A stretch of 64,000 nucleotides of DNA from Somniosus microcephalus (Eukaryota). Each line of letters starts with the position of its first letter. The first letter of the stretch is position 1. The position numbers and the translations under genes are program-made. The notes beneath the pieces are model-generated. The model saw only the letters and a list, made by a program, of their open reading frames with translations, ran no database searches and was not told where the DNA came from. Positions 1 through 12,975 of the stretch are shown here, piece by piece. The stretch covers positions 63,054,001 through 63,118,000 of the forward strand of contig CM126208.1 of NCBI GenBank assembly GCA_052327205.1. The letters run 5' to 3'.

Positions 1-606
1 CTTTCAGGTGGTGACTTATCCAGTTGCTCAATCCCAGCAGTTTTTGTTTTAAACTTCAGATTTCCAGTAATTGTGCTTTTTTTAAAAAAAAAATCACCAC
101 ATGCACTCTGGGATTCTCTCCCTAAACTCGTTCAGCTTGCTACCTCTCTCATTCACTTCACTTCAAAAGCCTCCTTAACTCTCGTTTAACCTTGGGGTGT
201 TTCACGAGGCAGAAGATGCTATAGAAATGCAAGTTGTTGATCTATACAAATAGTTCATGGAGGAATAAACGTTACTTTTCTCAAAGGCAACAAATTTCCA
301 CTTCCCCAAAAAACTGCTACTGGGTATTGGAGACAGACTGTGCTGCATAAAGCAGAACCCACATAGCTAAAATGCTATCACCTGTCTCAAAGTTACACAG
401 TAACTACAAGTTATTCTTAAAATGTTGTTGTGGCACCAGTTGCTGGGAACACTTCAGCAGGAAAAATGCAAGTAATTGGTAATTTGATAAAAAACAGGCC
501 AAATTGCTGTAAACATCACAGGACAAACCTCGTTGTCAAGAATACCATACGCACTTCAGCAGGGAGATTTTTTTGAGGGGTGGACAAAAGATTGAGTAAA
601 GATTTT

Positions 607-990
607 CATAGGAACAGGAGTAGGCCATTCAGCCCCTGAAGCCTACACTGCCACTCAATTAGATCATGACTGATCTGCACCTCAACTCCATTTTCCCGCC
701 TTTGCTCCATATCCCTTCATACCCATACCCAATAAAAATCTATCAATCTCAGTTTTGAAAGCTCCATTTGACCCAGCATCCACAGCCTTTAGGGGAGAGA
801 ATTCCAGATTTCCATTACCCTTTGTGTGAAAAAGTACTTCCTGATTTCACTCCAAAATGGCCTGGCTCTAATTTTAAGATTATATCCTCTTGTTCTTGAT
901 TCCACCGCCAGAGGAAATAATTTCTCTGTATCTACCCAATCGAATCCTTTTAACATTTTAAACACCTTGATTAGAACACCCCTTAATCTT
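607..990 (-). mobile_element. CR1 LINE 3' fragment
   Basis: Reverse complement of the ORF2 C-terminus and 3' stem-loop (GGAACAGGAGTAGGCCATTCAGCCCC) seen in the longer CR1 copies at 28591-29071 and 45437-47194. Confidence 0.85.
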
Positions 991-1410
991 TTTCATCTAT
1001 ACCAGGCGTTCTCCTGTGGCCTTGCACAGGAAGCCAAGATCAAGTGTAGTCTACAGCTGAATCGGGCGAGGGATATTTAAACCAGGGCACACAGACGTAA
1101 TTAAGTCCCAATTTTAAAGTTGTACTTTCTGCCCTTATTTTTATATTTCCATTATAACTTATGTTCACATTAAAAATGGAAACAATGTAAACTTGTGCTG
1201 CTGTAATTGCACTCTCCTGCCAGCGTGGCACTGCAGTTCCTTCACTGGTAGTAGAGTGTATTTACGGTGTGACAAGCTTACATAAGTAGTTCCATTATAA
1301 TGATGTACAAAGGAATTTATCATGGAAAAAGTTGACAGGAAGTGCACACTGACGTAAGATTATTAATATATTCACCTTATCGCATCTCTCGCAAATGTCC
1401 CTTAGCATTT

Positions 1411-1576
1411 CACAGAATCACAGAAACCCCACAGTGCAGATAGAGGCCATTTCGGCCCATCGAGCCTGCACCGACACATATCCCACCCGATCCCCGTAAC
1501 CCCACGTATTTAATCCCCCTAACACTAAGGGTCAATTTATCATAGCCAATCAACCTAACCCGCACATCTTTGGACT
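1411..1576 (-). mobile_element. V-SINE (HE1-like) partial copy with CR1-type tail
   Basis: Minus strand AGTCCAAAGATGTGCGGGTTAGGTTGATTGGC resembles the V-SINE core, followed by a CR1-like stem-loop and TTCTGTGA repeats. Confidence 0.65.
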
Positions 1577-1589
1577 TCACCCAATGGGT

Positions 1590-1840
1590 GACTGAACTAC
1601 AGTGCCTGTTGCTGTATAGGCAAACACGGCAGCCATTATGGGCACAGCAAGATCCCACAACAGCTATGACCAGTTAATCTGTTTTCACGTGACACAGGTT
1701 GAAGGAGGAATGTTGACCAGGCCTGTAGGAGGACTCCTAGCTCTTCTTCAAATATTTTAACATCCAACCAGAATAGGCAGATGAAACCTCAGTTTCACAT
1801 CTTATTCAATGTAGGGCACCGCCAACAATGCAGTAACTCT
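1590..1840 (-). mobile_element. Degenerate Deu-domain SINE fragment
   Basis: Diverged similarity to the SINE copies at 43003-43436 and 62588-63034. Confidence 0.5.
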
Positions 1841-1875
1841 CTAACTTATGAGTTGAAATCTTTGGTGGCAGTTAT

Positions 1876-2601
1876 GGGAGAAAAATTGGGTTGCTTTGCA
1901 CCTCCCGTTAGCGCCCCCAGCGGGGCACAAAGCACCTAGCGCCCGGGCGCAGTGCCACTAACGCCTCCTGCAAAATTCAGCGGGAGGTTAGCGGCAGCGG
2001 TAGCCAGTAGCACCCCGCGGCACTGCGTCTCTGGCGATGACGTCATCACCGTGCACAGCGCCCCGCTTGCGCCCCGGCCGCAAACTTCAGTTACGCCCCC
2101 TGACCTATCGCCGGACGCCATGTCCAACGAGGTCAGGGTGGCGTTTGTGCAGCCGCGGCGGCTCAAGTTAAAGGGCAGGTGTCGGGCGGCCATTTTTTTT
2201 GGCCGACTGCCAGCGCCTGCCCCCTTCCCCTTTTTTATTCAGGGTGCCAGTCGCGATCGCTCAGCCCGGCACTCCTCTTGAGTGCCGGGCTGCTTTCCCG
2301 GCATCCCGCTCCCCGGTGGTCCAGCAGGGCCCCCGGTGTGCGCAGCGCTAGGCCCCTCCCCTTTAGTCAGGGGAGGGTGGCCTGCAATATTGCGGCGCTA
2401 CGTGCTGATGCACGTGGCGCTGTTGTACATAGCGCTGCAATATTCACTTGTAGCGCCCCGGGAAGGAGGGGGAGCGCTTCCAGTAGTGTCCCGCCTCCTG
2501 CTTGGGGCACTACCACTGAATCTACGGCGCAGGGGCACTAACTTTTTCGGGGTGCTGGTGAAGTTAGTGCCCCAAAGGGGGCGCCACCAAATTTTTCCCC
2601 C
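1876..2601. mobile_element. Non-autonomous PIF/Harbinger-type MITE
   Basis: Imperfect TIRs GGGAGAAAAATTGGGT / ACCAAATTTTTCCCCC, TAT on both flanks (3-bp TSD), TAGCGCC motifs like the Harbinger ends; homologous to 22011-22635. Confidence 0.8.
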
Positions 2602-3880
2602 TATATCTTTAAACCAAAATGAGTGAAACTTGAATGTGAGAGATGTGACAAGCATTAAGGTGAGAGAATTTTAAAAAACTGAAACAGGAAAAAGGAAAGC
2701 AAAGAAGTAAATTGTCAAGCTCTAGTTTTCTGAGGTTTAATGAAGTCTGACAGAGGGATATACATTTAATTGAGAAGATTTTCCATGACTGTCCCTGCCC
2801 CCATCCCATTGGGAGGTTGCTATCTTTTAAAATGGGTCCTACTTCCCATTCTACTGTTGATATAACAAAGATTTTGGCTTCCATCATTGGTCCTGCAGGA
2901 TGTGTTCACATTCACTCTTGTGTAAATAGACTACTGTGGAAAACATGGAAAGTACTCCAGTCTATGTGTCATAAGTTAATGAAATAAATAGTGACTGAGA
3001 TGCAGGGTCAACTCACCCTATAGTTGAATGAACTGTCGACAATCACTTGGGCCAGGGACTGGATAATTCTCAATGCTGCATAACTCCCCACCCTCAGGAG
3101 AGGTGGGGGGAAATTGGAGGGGGAGGGAGGAGTGTTAATGTCATTTAAGAATCAGTCAAAATAGCTTCTAACGAAGGAAAAGTGTCCTGTGCATGAAATA
3201 GTGAAGTGTTTCAGGACAATAACACCATGTATGGCATGATCTGGGCTGTGAGAGGAATAGCTTGCTGTGGTCAGGAAGTCAGTCTAGTGGAAATTAATTT
3301 GGGAACTGTGAGGGGTGAAAAGAGAAATGTTTTTAATGTAATTTGGCTCTCATCAGATTTGCTATTAAAAAGCAGGTGGATGATATTTAGTGCTCGAAAG
3401 CAATGCAGTCATTGAAAATGCTATGTTGCAGGGTGAGGTGCTATCCTTTTATTATAGAACACTCACAATTCAAATCGCTTTATTGGCATGATAAGGTACA
3501 TCTTATGTTGCCAAAGCATCAAAATACACTCTCTTCTCATCTCTCCAGGGGGTGTGCCACATTACTGAAACAAAAACTACAGTAAAAGAAAAAACCCAAA
3601 GCCACACTAGTAGTCTGTATTAGATCATATTTCAAGGTGCTTTATCACTGTTGCATTGGTTTAGGGATGGCACGACACCGGCCTAATGGTTCTCCATTGA
3701 TATTTTCACCAACCGGCAATGTTCATTAGAAGCCAAGCAGAAGTGACGTTGGCGAATCGAGCAGCAACTCCTCAAACAGAACAATGTAATTCGGGCAGTT
3801 TATATTAGTAACTGCAACCAATAGCAAGAGAACCACGTGGTCGCTATCAGCTGCAATTTTTAAACCGTCAACATGCTGCA

Positions 3881-4644
3881 TGAGCGAGAGAGCGAGTGCG
3901 TGAGAGTGAACGAGAAAGGGAACAAGAGAGCAAGCGAGCGCAAGAGAGCGAGTGAGCAAGCGGGCGAGAGAGCAAGAGAGCGAGTGAGCAAGAGGGCGAG
4001 TGAGCAAGAGGGCGAGTGAGCAAGAGGGCGAGTGAGCAAGCGGGCGAGAGAGCGAGAGGGCGAGTGAGCGAGAGGGCGAGTGAGAGAGAGGGCGAGAAAT
4101 AGAGAGAGGGCGAGAAATAGAGAGAGGGCGAGAGAGAGAGGGAGAGGGGGCGAGAGAGGGAGCGAGAGAGGGCGAGAGAGAGAGAGGGCGAGAGAGAGAG
4201 AGGGGGGGAGAGGGCGNNNNNNNNNNNNNNNNNNNNNNNNNNNNNNNNNNNNNNNNNNNNNNNNNNNNNNNNNNNNNNNNNNNNNNNNNNNNNNNNNNNN
4301 NNNNNNNNNNNNNNNNNNNNNNNNNNNNNNNNNNNNNNNNNNNNNNNNNNNNNNNNNNNNNNNNNNNNNNNNNNNNNNNNNNNNNNNNNNNNNNNNNNNN
4401 NNNNNNNNNNNNNNNNNNNNNNNNNNNNNNNNNNNNNNNNNNNNNNNNNAGAGAGGGCGCGAGAGAGAGGGCGCGAGAGAGGGCGCGAGAGAGGGCGCGA
4501 GAGAGGGCGCGAGAGAGGGCGCGAGAGAGAGGGCGCGAGAGAGAGAGGGCGCGAGAGAGAGAGGGCGCGAGAGAGAGAGGGCGCGAGAGAGAGGGCGCGA
4601 GAGAGGGCGCGAGAGAGGGCGCGAGAGAGGGCGCGAGAGAGGGC

Positions 4645-4677
<33 letters not shown>

Positions 4678-4863
4678 CGAGAGAGAGGGCGCGAGAGAGG
4701 GCGCGAGAGAGGGCGCGAGAGAGGGCGCGAGAGAGGGCGCGAGAGAGGGCGCGAGAGAGAGAGAGGGTGAGAGAGAGAGAGGGCGAGAGAGAGAGGGGGC
4801 GAGAGAGAAAGAGAGAGGGCAAGAGAGAGAGAAAGAGAGAGGGCGAGAGAGAAAGAGAGGGGG
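3881..4863. repeat. GA-rich microsatellite, (GAGAGAGGGCGC)n and variants
   Basis: Directly visible tandem repeats, interrupted and ended by N gaps. Confidence 0.95.
4217..4449. other. Assembly gap (N run)
   Basis: N bases. Confidence 1.
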
Positions 4864-5046
4864 NNNNNNNNNNNNNNNNNNNNNNNNNNNNNNNNNNNNN
4901 NNNNNNNNNNNNNNNNNNNNNNNNNNNNNNNNNNNNNNNNNNNNNNNNNNNNNNNNNNNNNNNNNNNNNNNNNNNNNNNNNNNNNNNNNNNNNNNNNNNN
5001 NNNNNNNNNNNNNNNNNNNNNNNNNNNNNNNNNNNNNNNNNNNNNN
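4864..5046. other. Assembly gap (N run)
   Basis: N bases. Confidence 1.
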
Positions 5047-6085
5047 ACATAATACAAGGGGGCCCACCTCCGCAAGGGCCATTAGGGATGGGCAATAAAT
5101 ACTGACCTTGCCAGCGATGCCCACATACCAGGAACAATTTTTTAATTTAATTCCTAGAGGCAGTAGATAAGAGTAAAGCAGGTGGATCTCCCTTGGGGCA
5201 GAGCATGAATCTGCTGGGTTTCAGCCCCATGCAACCTGTAGCCCAAACTCAGTGTGGGGTGAATGGGGAATGTAGGCAAGTCATCTGCTCCCATGTCTAG
5301 ATGAGGCAGGAGCATCGATTAGCTCTGTTGTGTCTTGACTGACATGGACATAACAATGGAAATAACCCTGTTCCAATTTGATACAGGGTTAACAGCAGGG
5401 TATAGTAGCAAACAGAGTGCTACCCCTGTGCACTTGGAGGGGTGGAGTGGGGCTTCAGGATTTTTGTCCCCGGGATCATTTAAATGATCTTTACTCTTTA
5501 ATGAAATCCTAGTAATAAAACTAGTAGCATCTTCTTTAGGGCATACTTTATGTTTTTTTTAACACAAGTGCCTTCACCCATACACCACCGGGACCCCATT
5601 TCTCCAACATCAGATCCTCAACTCCCTGTTGTGTAGTCGAAGGGCCCACTGCACCGAGGTTGCCCATCTTTTGTAAGTCCAAAACCGGATGAAAGCAAAG
5701 CATTAAACAAAACGCACTGTGCACATGCATAACGTGGCTCTGTTCACAAGCAGCTAGGTAACCACCGGAATGGCACCCAGGGAACAAACAAAACAAAACA
5801 GGCCACTCAGACCCACAAGAAAGGTTAGGATGAAGGAGGCATTTTGGCCCATTTGATCTCTTCCAGAATACCTACCCTTTGCTTTCAAAAAGTAGGCATA
5901 ATGAGCCAAATCACCTCCCTCTGTGCAATAACCTCTACAGTTCTAGCTTCCCATTACAGCATCTAACAGTTTCCTAAATGACTTGTTTCTCTTTCGGAAG
6001 CTGACGAGGCTGTGTGTTCCCCGTAAGTACTGGTTTTGTTTTACAGGTTTGAAAATAAATGAAGGAGACAGAAGGATTTACTTAC

Positions 6086-6168
6086 CCATGCTTACTGTCA
6101 ACATCAGGGCAAGCTTTCTGTGAGTCAAAGTAGCAAATTCTGGGCTATCTTCCCATCATGAGGTCACC
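6086..6168 (-). other. Candidate host-gene exon ending in an initiator ATG
   Basis: Minus strand: pyrimidine-rich acceptor TTCTTGTTTGTTAAGCAG, 83 nt, then AGCATGG|GTAAGT (good Kozak plus consensus donor); no protein homology available. Confidence 0.25.
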
Positions 6169-7329
6169 CTGCTTAACAAACAAGAAAGTATATATATTTA
6201 TTAATATAGTACAGCACATAAAGCAACATCTTGTTTAAAAGAATGCTTATCAATGTATTTGTTCAAAAGAAAGATTTTCATTTTTAGAATTAATATATTT
6301 TTTAAGAATTTTCATCAATATTGCATGTTGTAATATGGATTTTAAGCTGATGTTAGTGTTGGGGAAGGGAGCCCTTTTCAGTTACTCGTAGCTCAGGGAT
6401 AGCAGTTAGATGTAAAGTTCCTTGTACCATTCCCAACTTGAAAAGAGCACCTCCTACCTCATACTGTAGAGCGGTGGCTTCAGGTTCAGTCAGCTGTATG
6501 ACCCTACTCCTCATCTGACAGGTAGGAGGTGACCAGAGCTAGCAGGAAATAGTTCAGCCACTAAATATTCTTGTGTCATTGTATAAAAGAGGAGCAGGGG
6601 ATGAGAGGGGAGAGAGAAAGCACTCCATCCCATCAAAGATGGGGATTAACATTCAAAGATCAGTGAGGTCTCCCAGTGTTCTGATCAGCATTTCTCCTTC
6701 TAACAATACCACCAAAAAGCAGATTAACTGGTCATTTGTCTCACTGTTAGTTGTGTGGCATTGTTGGAGCATAATGGTACGTTAAAAACAGTCACTTCAC
6801 TAAGTGAAGTGTTTTGAGACATTTCAAAGATATGATAAAGCAATGTCAATACAAGAATTATTAAAATATTTTAGTTAATATGGGAACGCAGCATGAAACA
6901 TGAGGAAGGGGAGAGACAGCACCACGAATTCTTAGAATAGCGATTCAAATGTACGTTGTGCGCCATTTATACAAATTCACACTCCCAGACAAGTTTCGCC
7001 CAGCAGGAATGCGTATTGAGAATTTAGGCGTGAAGGTCAGTGGTCACAATGGGTTATACAGTCATTTTAATTTTAAAGTGTTATTCTTATACATGCAAGG
7101 AACATTACAAGATCCCCATTAGCGTAGTGCGGTAAGGGCACTGGCTGGTGTAGCACTAAGCCTTGGGGACCGGGAAAGTTCCAGGTTACATCAGTGGACT
7201 GTGCTGATCTCAGTTGGAGCAGTAATTGCAATGCTACAATTAGCTTCAGAGCCCTGAACTAGATTGGAGGGGGGGGGGGAAGAGGAAAAAAATCAGTCAG
7301 GATTTCTGCTCTTGATGGTAACCCTGCCC

Positions 7330-7940
7330 TTCCTCCTGGAAAGCTCATGAGTGGGGGGGGGCACTTACCCACTCGCTTGCCTCCCTAATCTGGCCGACTG
7401 CAATTTTAAATTGCAGGCAGCAAGAACACCTGCTGGAAGCCAGCGGAGGCCTTCTTTAAATATGCAGATCCAGCTCCGGAGACGTTGTCATGGACCGACT
7501 GCTATTTTTATCAGGGGCCTGAGCAGTGGAGCAGTGGTGGTTTCCCCACCAGGCCAAAGCTGTCGGGAGCTGTATCAAGTGCCAGAAGAGGCCCAGTAAG
7601 GACATTTCTTCAATTTATGTGGTTTCCTTGTGGGCCAGGAGGTGCAGTCCAAGCCCCACAGGGAAACCTTGAGCCTTCCCTGCCCCAGGCTTCTCCACCC
7701 CGACCACCCCCCGATTCCCTTCCGGAGCTGCTCTGATCCATTTACCCCTGGTCTCCAGCACTCACCTCCCAGCTGCCCAATTTTAACAGCCAGACAGTCG
7801 TTTCCCACCAACTTCCCAGCCGTTTTGGTAGGGATGTTGGCAAGCGGCAAACAATCGGTCGAGCCTCCCCGTTACCGTTCCCGGACAAGCTAGCTGCTCG
7901 TTGGTCCATGTTCCAGCCCCGGAGTTAAAATCAATCCCCC
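7330..7940. mobile_element. MITE-like interspersed repeat
   Basis: Shares CCTTC(T/C)TTAAATATGCAGATC and flanking motifs with 53085-53450 in the opposite orientation. Confidence 0.4.
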
Positions 7941-8175
7941 ATGTGTATGTAGACTGGGTGTGATGGACTCCATAGCTGAACAATCTGCAAAAACATCTCC
8001 TTTGATGCCATTTAATCAGACATTCTGATTCTATTCCTGGATTATAAAAAGAGTACAGTATCCTTTTTTAAGAAACAAAAACTTTGTTGGAATGTGCAAT
8101 AGGCTTAGCTTAGTGACACTATTAAAATAAAAGATTAAATTATTGTAAAGCTCCCTCTATCTGCAAACACAAACC

Positions 8176-9413
8176 GAGAAAAATGGGTGGGCTTGGAGCA
8201 TGGGGGTAGTTAAATGGTTAAAAATGGGATTTCCAACCTGAACACGCCTCCAACCCGCCCACTTCCGGTTTTAATGGAGGCGGGACAGTGGGGGGGGGGG
8301 TGACCAATCTGCTCCCAGGGGGCGGAACTTCAACTTAAATATTATAATGAGGCTGGAAGCCTCTTTTTAACCTCCTAGATCCAGGGTCCTTACCTAACCC
8401 ACCCCCCTGATTCAGTGACCCCCCTCTCCCCCCAGCCCCCCCCCAACGTGGCCTCTGATCACCTTCCCAGGCCTCCCCCACCCAGCGATGATGCTGAGGC
8501 CAGCCACGATCCTCGGTGGCCAGCCCCGATCTTCTCTCTCCACCCCCCATCTCTACCTGACCTCCCCCACCATTCCCCCCCCATTCCTTTTAACGGCACG
8601 GCCTGATCCCTGGCTGACCACCCCCTGATCCTTTCCCCGGCCCTGATCCCCAGTCCTCTCTACCCCGCCCCCCCCCAAACCCCACCCCAATTGTCTGCCC
8701 GGCCCGATCCCCGATCTTCTCTCCCCCCCACCCCCCCGATCCTTTCCTCAGCCCCGATCCCCAGTCCTCTCTACCCCCACCCCGCCCCAAACGTCTGCCC
8801 GGCCCGATCCCCGATCCTCTCTCCCCCCCACCCCCAATCCATTCCCCAGCCCCTAATTCTCTCTCCCCCCACCCCTCCCCCCACCCTCCGATCCTTTCCC
8901 TGGCCCCGATCCCCAGTCCTCTCTAGCTCCCCCACCAAACACCGGCCCAATCATCTGCCCGGCCCAATCCCCGATCCTCTCTCCCCCCCGCACCGCCCCC
9001 CCCCCCCCCACCCTCCGATCCTTTCCCTGGCCCCGATTCCCGGTCCTCTCTTTAACCCCTTCCCGTTCGTCTGCCCGGCCCAATCCACTCTCCCCCACCC
9101 ACTCCCGATCCATTGACCAGCCCTCGATCCTCTCTCCTCCCCCACCCCCGCCCAATCCCGAACCATTGCTCAGCCCACGGTCCTCACGCAAACCCTCCCT
9201 TACTGCTCTGTGCGGCCGCAAGCCCACCCACCCGCAGCCAGCCAGCCTCTCAATCTGGCTTGCTGCGGGCGGGAATCCAAGGCCTCACATTGAAATCAGG
9301 CCCTGCCATTACGGTCTGCTGGGCCTGCGGGAATCCAAACTCCCGGGTTTCCCGACCACATCAGAGCCGCCATCCCCGCCCCCAACCCGTCTTCCCCCAG
9401 AAAATTCCAGCCC
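8176..9413. mobile_element. MITE-like element with internal C-rich tandem array (~8590-9150)
   Basis: Right end AAAATTCCAGCCC resembles the other TIRs; repeated ~100-140-bp units containing CTGCCCGGCCCGATCCCCGATCCTCTCTCCCCCC. Confidence 0.5.
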
Positions 9414-10409
9414 TACTGTCTGGGCTCAAATGGCCGGTTAGGTCAGTTACCAGAATGCTGCTGTGTGCATGGAACTTGGATGAGCCGTTGCCTTCAGGGA
9501 GCGGAAAAAATTGTGGGAGAGGAACAAATACTGATTTTTTTTTTTTTTAATTGAGAATTTATTTTTGAAGATCTTATTTTAGTTTCCATCCTTTTTCAAG
9601 CTACATAGACATGAGTAATCCACATTTATGCAGTAATTCCGTAGAACTTCCTGAACTGTCAACCACAGAGACAGTTTTAGACAACAGCTATGCAGAGATA
9701 GGGCTCCAGTGTAACACTGCAGGACCTCTAGACAGAAAGACCAACAAGAAAAAACACTCACACTCAGTACTTAATAGGGTTTATTTTAACTAGAGGCAGG
9801 AGTCGTGTGAGCGAGGAGGGGCTATAAGGAGATTACAAACTGTCCGGATCTCCGTAGCATAGGTCCCGCCCAAACATGGCAGGAAGCAGGATGTCAGGCA
9901 GCAGGAGGCCGCTGCCGGGGACCTGGAAGAACAGTCTCAGGTAAGTGGTTGCGAGGTGGGGTCAGGACGAAATTGAGGGAGGGTGTGAAGCCCAAGACAG
10001 GGCTACCCAAGGGTTCCTTGAGAGGCCCGGAGAATCACCCCTTCTCCTCCTCGCCCACAAGGAAACTATTTTTAAAAATCCACTTCTAGTCCTATAGTCC
10101 TACAAGAGGCTGTTGGAGCAGAGTCAGTCACTGAACTGTTTAAGATTCCATTAGTCTCTCCATAGATTAACAAGAATTCAATTAAGAAAGATAGAAATAT
10201 TGGCCCACAGTTAAAAACTACTGGCAAACCAACATAATAGAAACTAAATATATACTATTCCCTGTGCTGTATACACATATGAGCAGTTCCAGAAGTTAAT
10301 AGCCGAGACCCTGTACATGAAGCTCCCTTACATAGTGGAGCACAGTACAATGGAACCTCATTCATCAGTTCTGTCAGATAAGTCATTTGGTTACTCACAT
10401 TGGTCTCAG

Positions 10410-11225
10410 TCCAGTAGGCCTGGACGACATTCAAGCTTGGGCTGATAAGCGGTAGGCAACATTCGTGACACACAAGTGCCAGGCAATGACTATCTCCAAC
10501 AAGCGAGAGTCTAACCACTGCCCCTTGACATTCAACAGCAGTACCATCACTTAATCCCCCACCATCAACATCCTGGGGGTCACCACTGACCGGAAACTTA
10601 ACTGGACCAGCCACATAAGTATTATGGCCACAAGGGGAGGTCAGAGGCTGGGTATTCTGCGGCAAGTGTCTCACCTCCTGACTCCCCAAAGCCTTTCCAC
10701 CATCTACAAGGCACAAGTCAGGAGTGTGATGGAATACTCTTCACTTGACTGGATGAGTGCAGCTCCAACAACACTCAAGAAGCTCAACACCATCAGGACA
10801 AAGCAGCCTACTTGATTGGCACCCCATCCACCACCTTAAACATTCACTCCCTCCACCACTGGTGCACCGTGGCTGCAGTGTGCACCATCTACAAGATGCA
10901 CTGCAGCAACTCACCAAGGCTTCTTCGACAGCACCTCCCAAACCGGCGACCTCTACCACCCAGAAGGACAAGGGCAGCAGGCGCATGGGAAGTTCCCCTC
11001 TAAGTTACAAGCCATCCTGTCTTGGAAATATATCGCTGTTCCTTCATCGTCGCTGGGTCAAAATCCAGGAACTCCCTCCCTAACAGCACTATGGGAGGAC
11101 CATCACCATACGGACTGCAGTGGTTCAAGGCGGCGGCTCACCACCACCTTCTCAAGGGCAATTAGGAATGGGCAATAAATGCTGGCTTTGCCAGCAAAGC
11201 CCACATCCCAGGAACGAATTTTAAA
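10410..11225 (+). mobile_element. Non-LTR retrotransposon 3' fragment (RT C-terminal region and tail), family distinct from the main CR1
   Basis: Broken frames give LSTIYKAQVRSVMEYSSL and SLHHWCTVAAVCTIYKMHC; the tail GGGCAATTAGGAATGGGCAATAAATGCTGGC recurs near 5075-5130, 43490-43560 and 43895-43960. Confidence 0.75.
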
Positions 11226-11464
11226 AAAGACCAGCATTATGTTCAAGGTCCAAATGCTGAATTCCTATTTTGCTGTATTATTTTTGTTGTTTCGTTCAAA
11301 TTTTTTTATCGCAAGATTGACTTTGAATTATCAGAGGTAAACTGTAGAGTCAAGCTGCCAACTGGCAGATACTTTTTAAACTTCAAGTTATTCTTTTTTC
11401 ATTCAATCATGGATTATAAAGAACCCTAAACAAGAATATTGCCATCACCATGGGCAACAAGCCT

Positions 11465-11935
11465 GTCAGCAGAATGATACCGGTGCTTAGAAGGTTACGT
11501 TCTGAGGGCAGGTTGCATAAACGTGGCTTGTACTCCCTCGAGTATAGGAGATTGAGGGGTGATCTGATCGAGGTATTTAAAATGGTGAAAGGATTTGATA
11601 GGGTAGATATGGAGAATCTATTTCCTCTGGTGGGGGAATCAAGAACAAGGGAACATAATCTTAAAATTAGAGCTAGCCCATTCAGGAGGGAAATCAGGAT
11701 GCACTTTTTCCACACAAAGGGTAATAGAAATCTGGAATTCTCTCCCCCTAAAGGCTGTGGATGCTGGGAAAATTGAAGTTTTTAAGACTAAGATAGATCG
11801 ATTTTTGTTAAGGAAGGCTATCAAGGGATATGAAGCAAAGGTGTGATAATGGAGTTGAGGTACAGATCAGCCATGTACTAACTGAATGGCGGAGCAGGCT
11901 CGAGGGGCTGAATGGCCTCCTCTTGTTCCAACGTT
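11465..11935 (+). mobile_element. CR1 LINE 3' fragment
   Basis: GLYSLEYRRLRGDLIEVFK peptide and the 3' stem-loop GGAGCAGGCTCGAGGGGCTGAATGGCC. Confidence 0.9.
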
Positions 11936-12634
11936 CTCAAGACATACGCTGCTTGAAGCCATTCAGGCTATTTGTTTGATGGCTTGCCCTCATAATTTGT
12001 TCCACAACCCTACTATGCTTTGAGTGACAAGTCAACAGAGCCTCCAGATCTTGCACTACCAGTTTGCTGGGTGGTCCTAACCAGCATTTATTTCTGATTA
12101 CAGAGCATGCACTGACATCACCTTCAATCTCCAGACTTCACAGAGAAAACTTCATAAACAGATAACACCAAACGTGTTTGTTTATTTCTCGTATGTTGTG
12201 AGTGACAAAGTACTAAAGGAGTGCTTAGGTCAGCCCACGCATAGGATATAAATCACATCTGTATGCCAATCATCAATTATATTGCATAAGCACATTTTTT
12301 TTAAGCTGCTGGATTCAACTTTTCGTGGGGTGAGGGCTCCTTCGTTTCTGCCCTCCTCGCTTGAGAGTCCAGGCTCAGAGAAATTGGTGCATGTGCGCGC
12401 ACACACACCACGCATTTTTCAGCAGGGGACAACTGAAGAGCATGACAGATTTTCAGGGCGCTGAGGTCAACTGTAAGATCCCAACTGCTGCCTAGGCTAT
12501 TGAGCAACTCAGCACAAATGAGTTGACCTGGGGCATACAGGTCTGCATGGCACAGTCCCACAACAGACGCTGCCTTTGTCCACTGCACCACAGTGAAAAC
12601 GTATGCAAGCCCTGGTACATCTAAATAGTGCATG

Positions 12635-12975
12635 CCTGAGCCATACAGACCAAGAAGGTCCCAGGTCCAAGCTCTAATCAGTGTTCATTGATCTCAGTTA
12701 GGCAGTGGTAGGGTTACTGCGGCTGGCCTCAGCATTCCTGGACTTGGGAAGGGGGAGGCAGGTTATCGGCCAGTATTCCCATTCCTATTCATGATCAAAT
12801 GACTCCACTGGAAGCAGGGTTTTGGCGAGAACAGGATCGGGCTGGGTTGTAACACTCCCCCGCAATGAAGTTGGCAGCCAACACTCGCTGTTTGAGCTCA
12901 CACAAGAATGAACACATAGATAAGGTACGCAAAAGCTGCTAGAAGCCATGGAACTCTACACCATCATGAGTCAGT
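12635..12975 (+). mobile_element. SINE-like repeat (second family)
   Basis: CTGAGCCATACAGACCAA head shared with 36440-36720; related pieces at ~7120-7330 and ~24100-24370 (minus). Confidence 0.55.

Noticed and set aside
1936-2655. Overlapping GC-rich ORFs (also 22060-22690 and 60292-60891)
   Set aside because: Stop-poor MITE/subterminal DNA with no recognisable protein motifs
3818-3837. ERSE-like CCAAT...CCACG
   Set aside because: The spacer is 10 nt, not the required 9
3726-5137. Long ORFs of 341-449 aa
   Set aside because: They are translations of the GA microsatellite and N gaps
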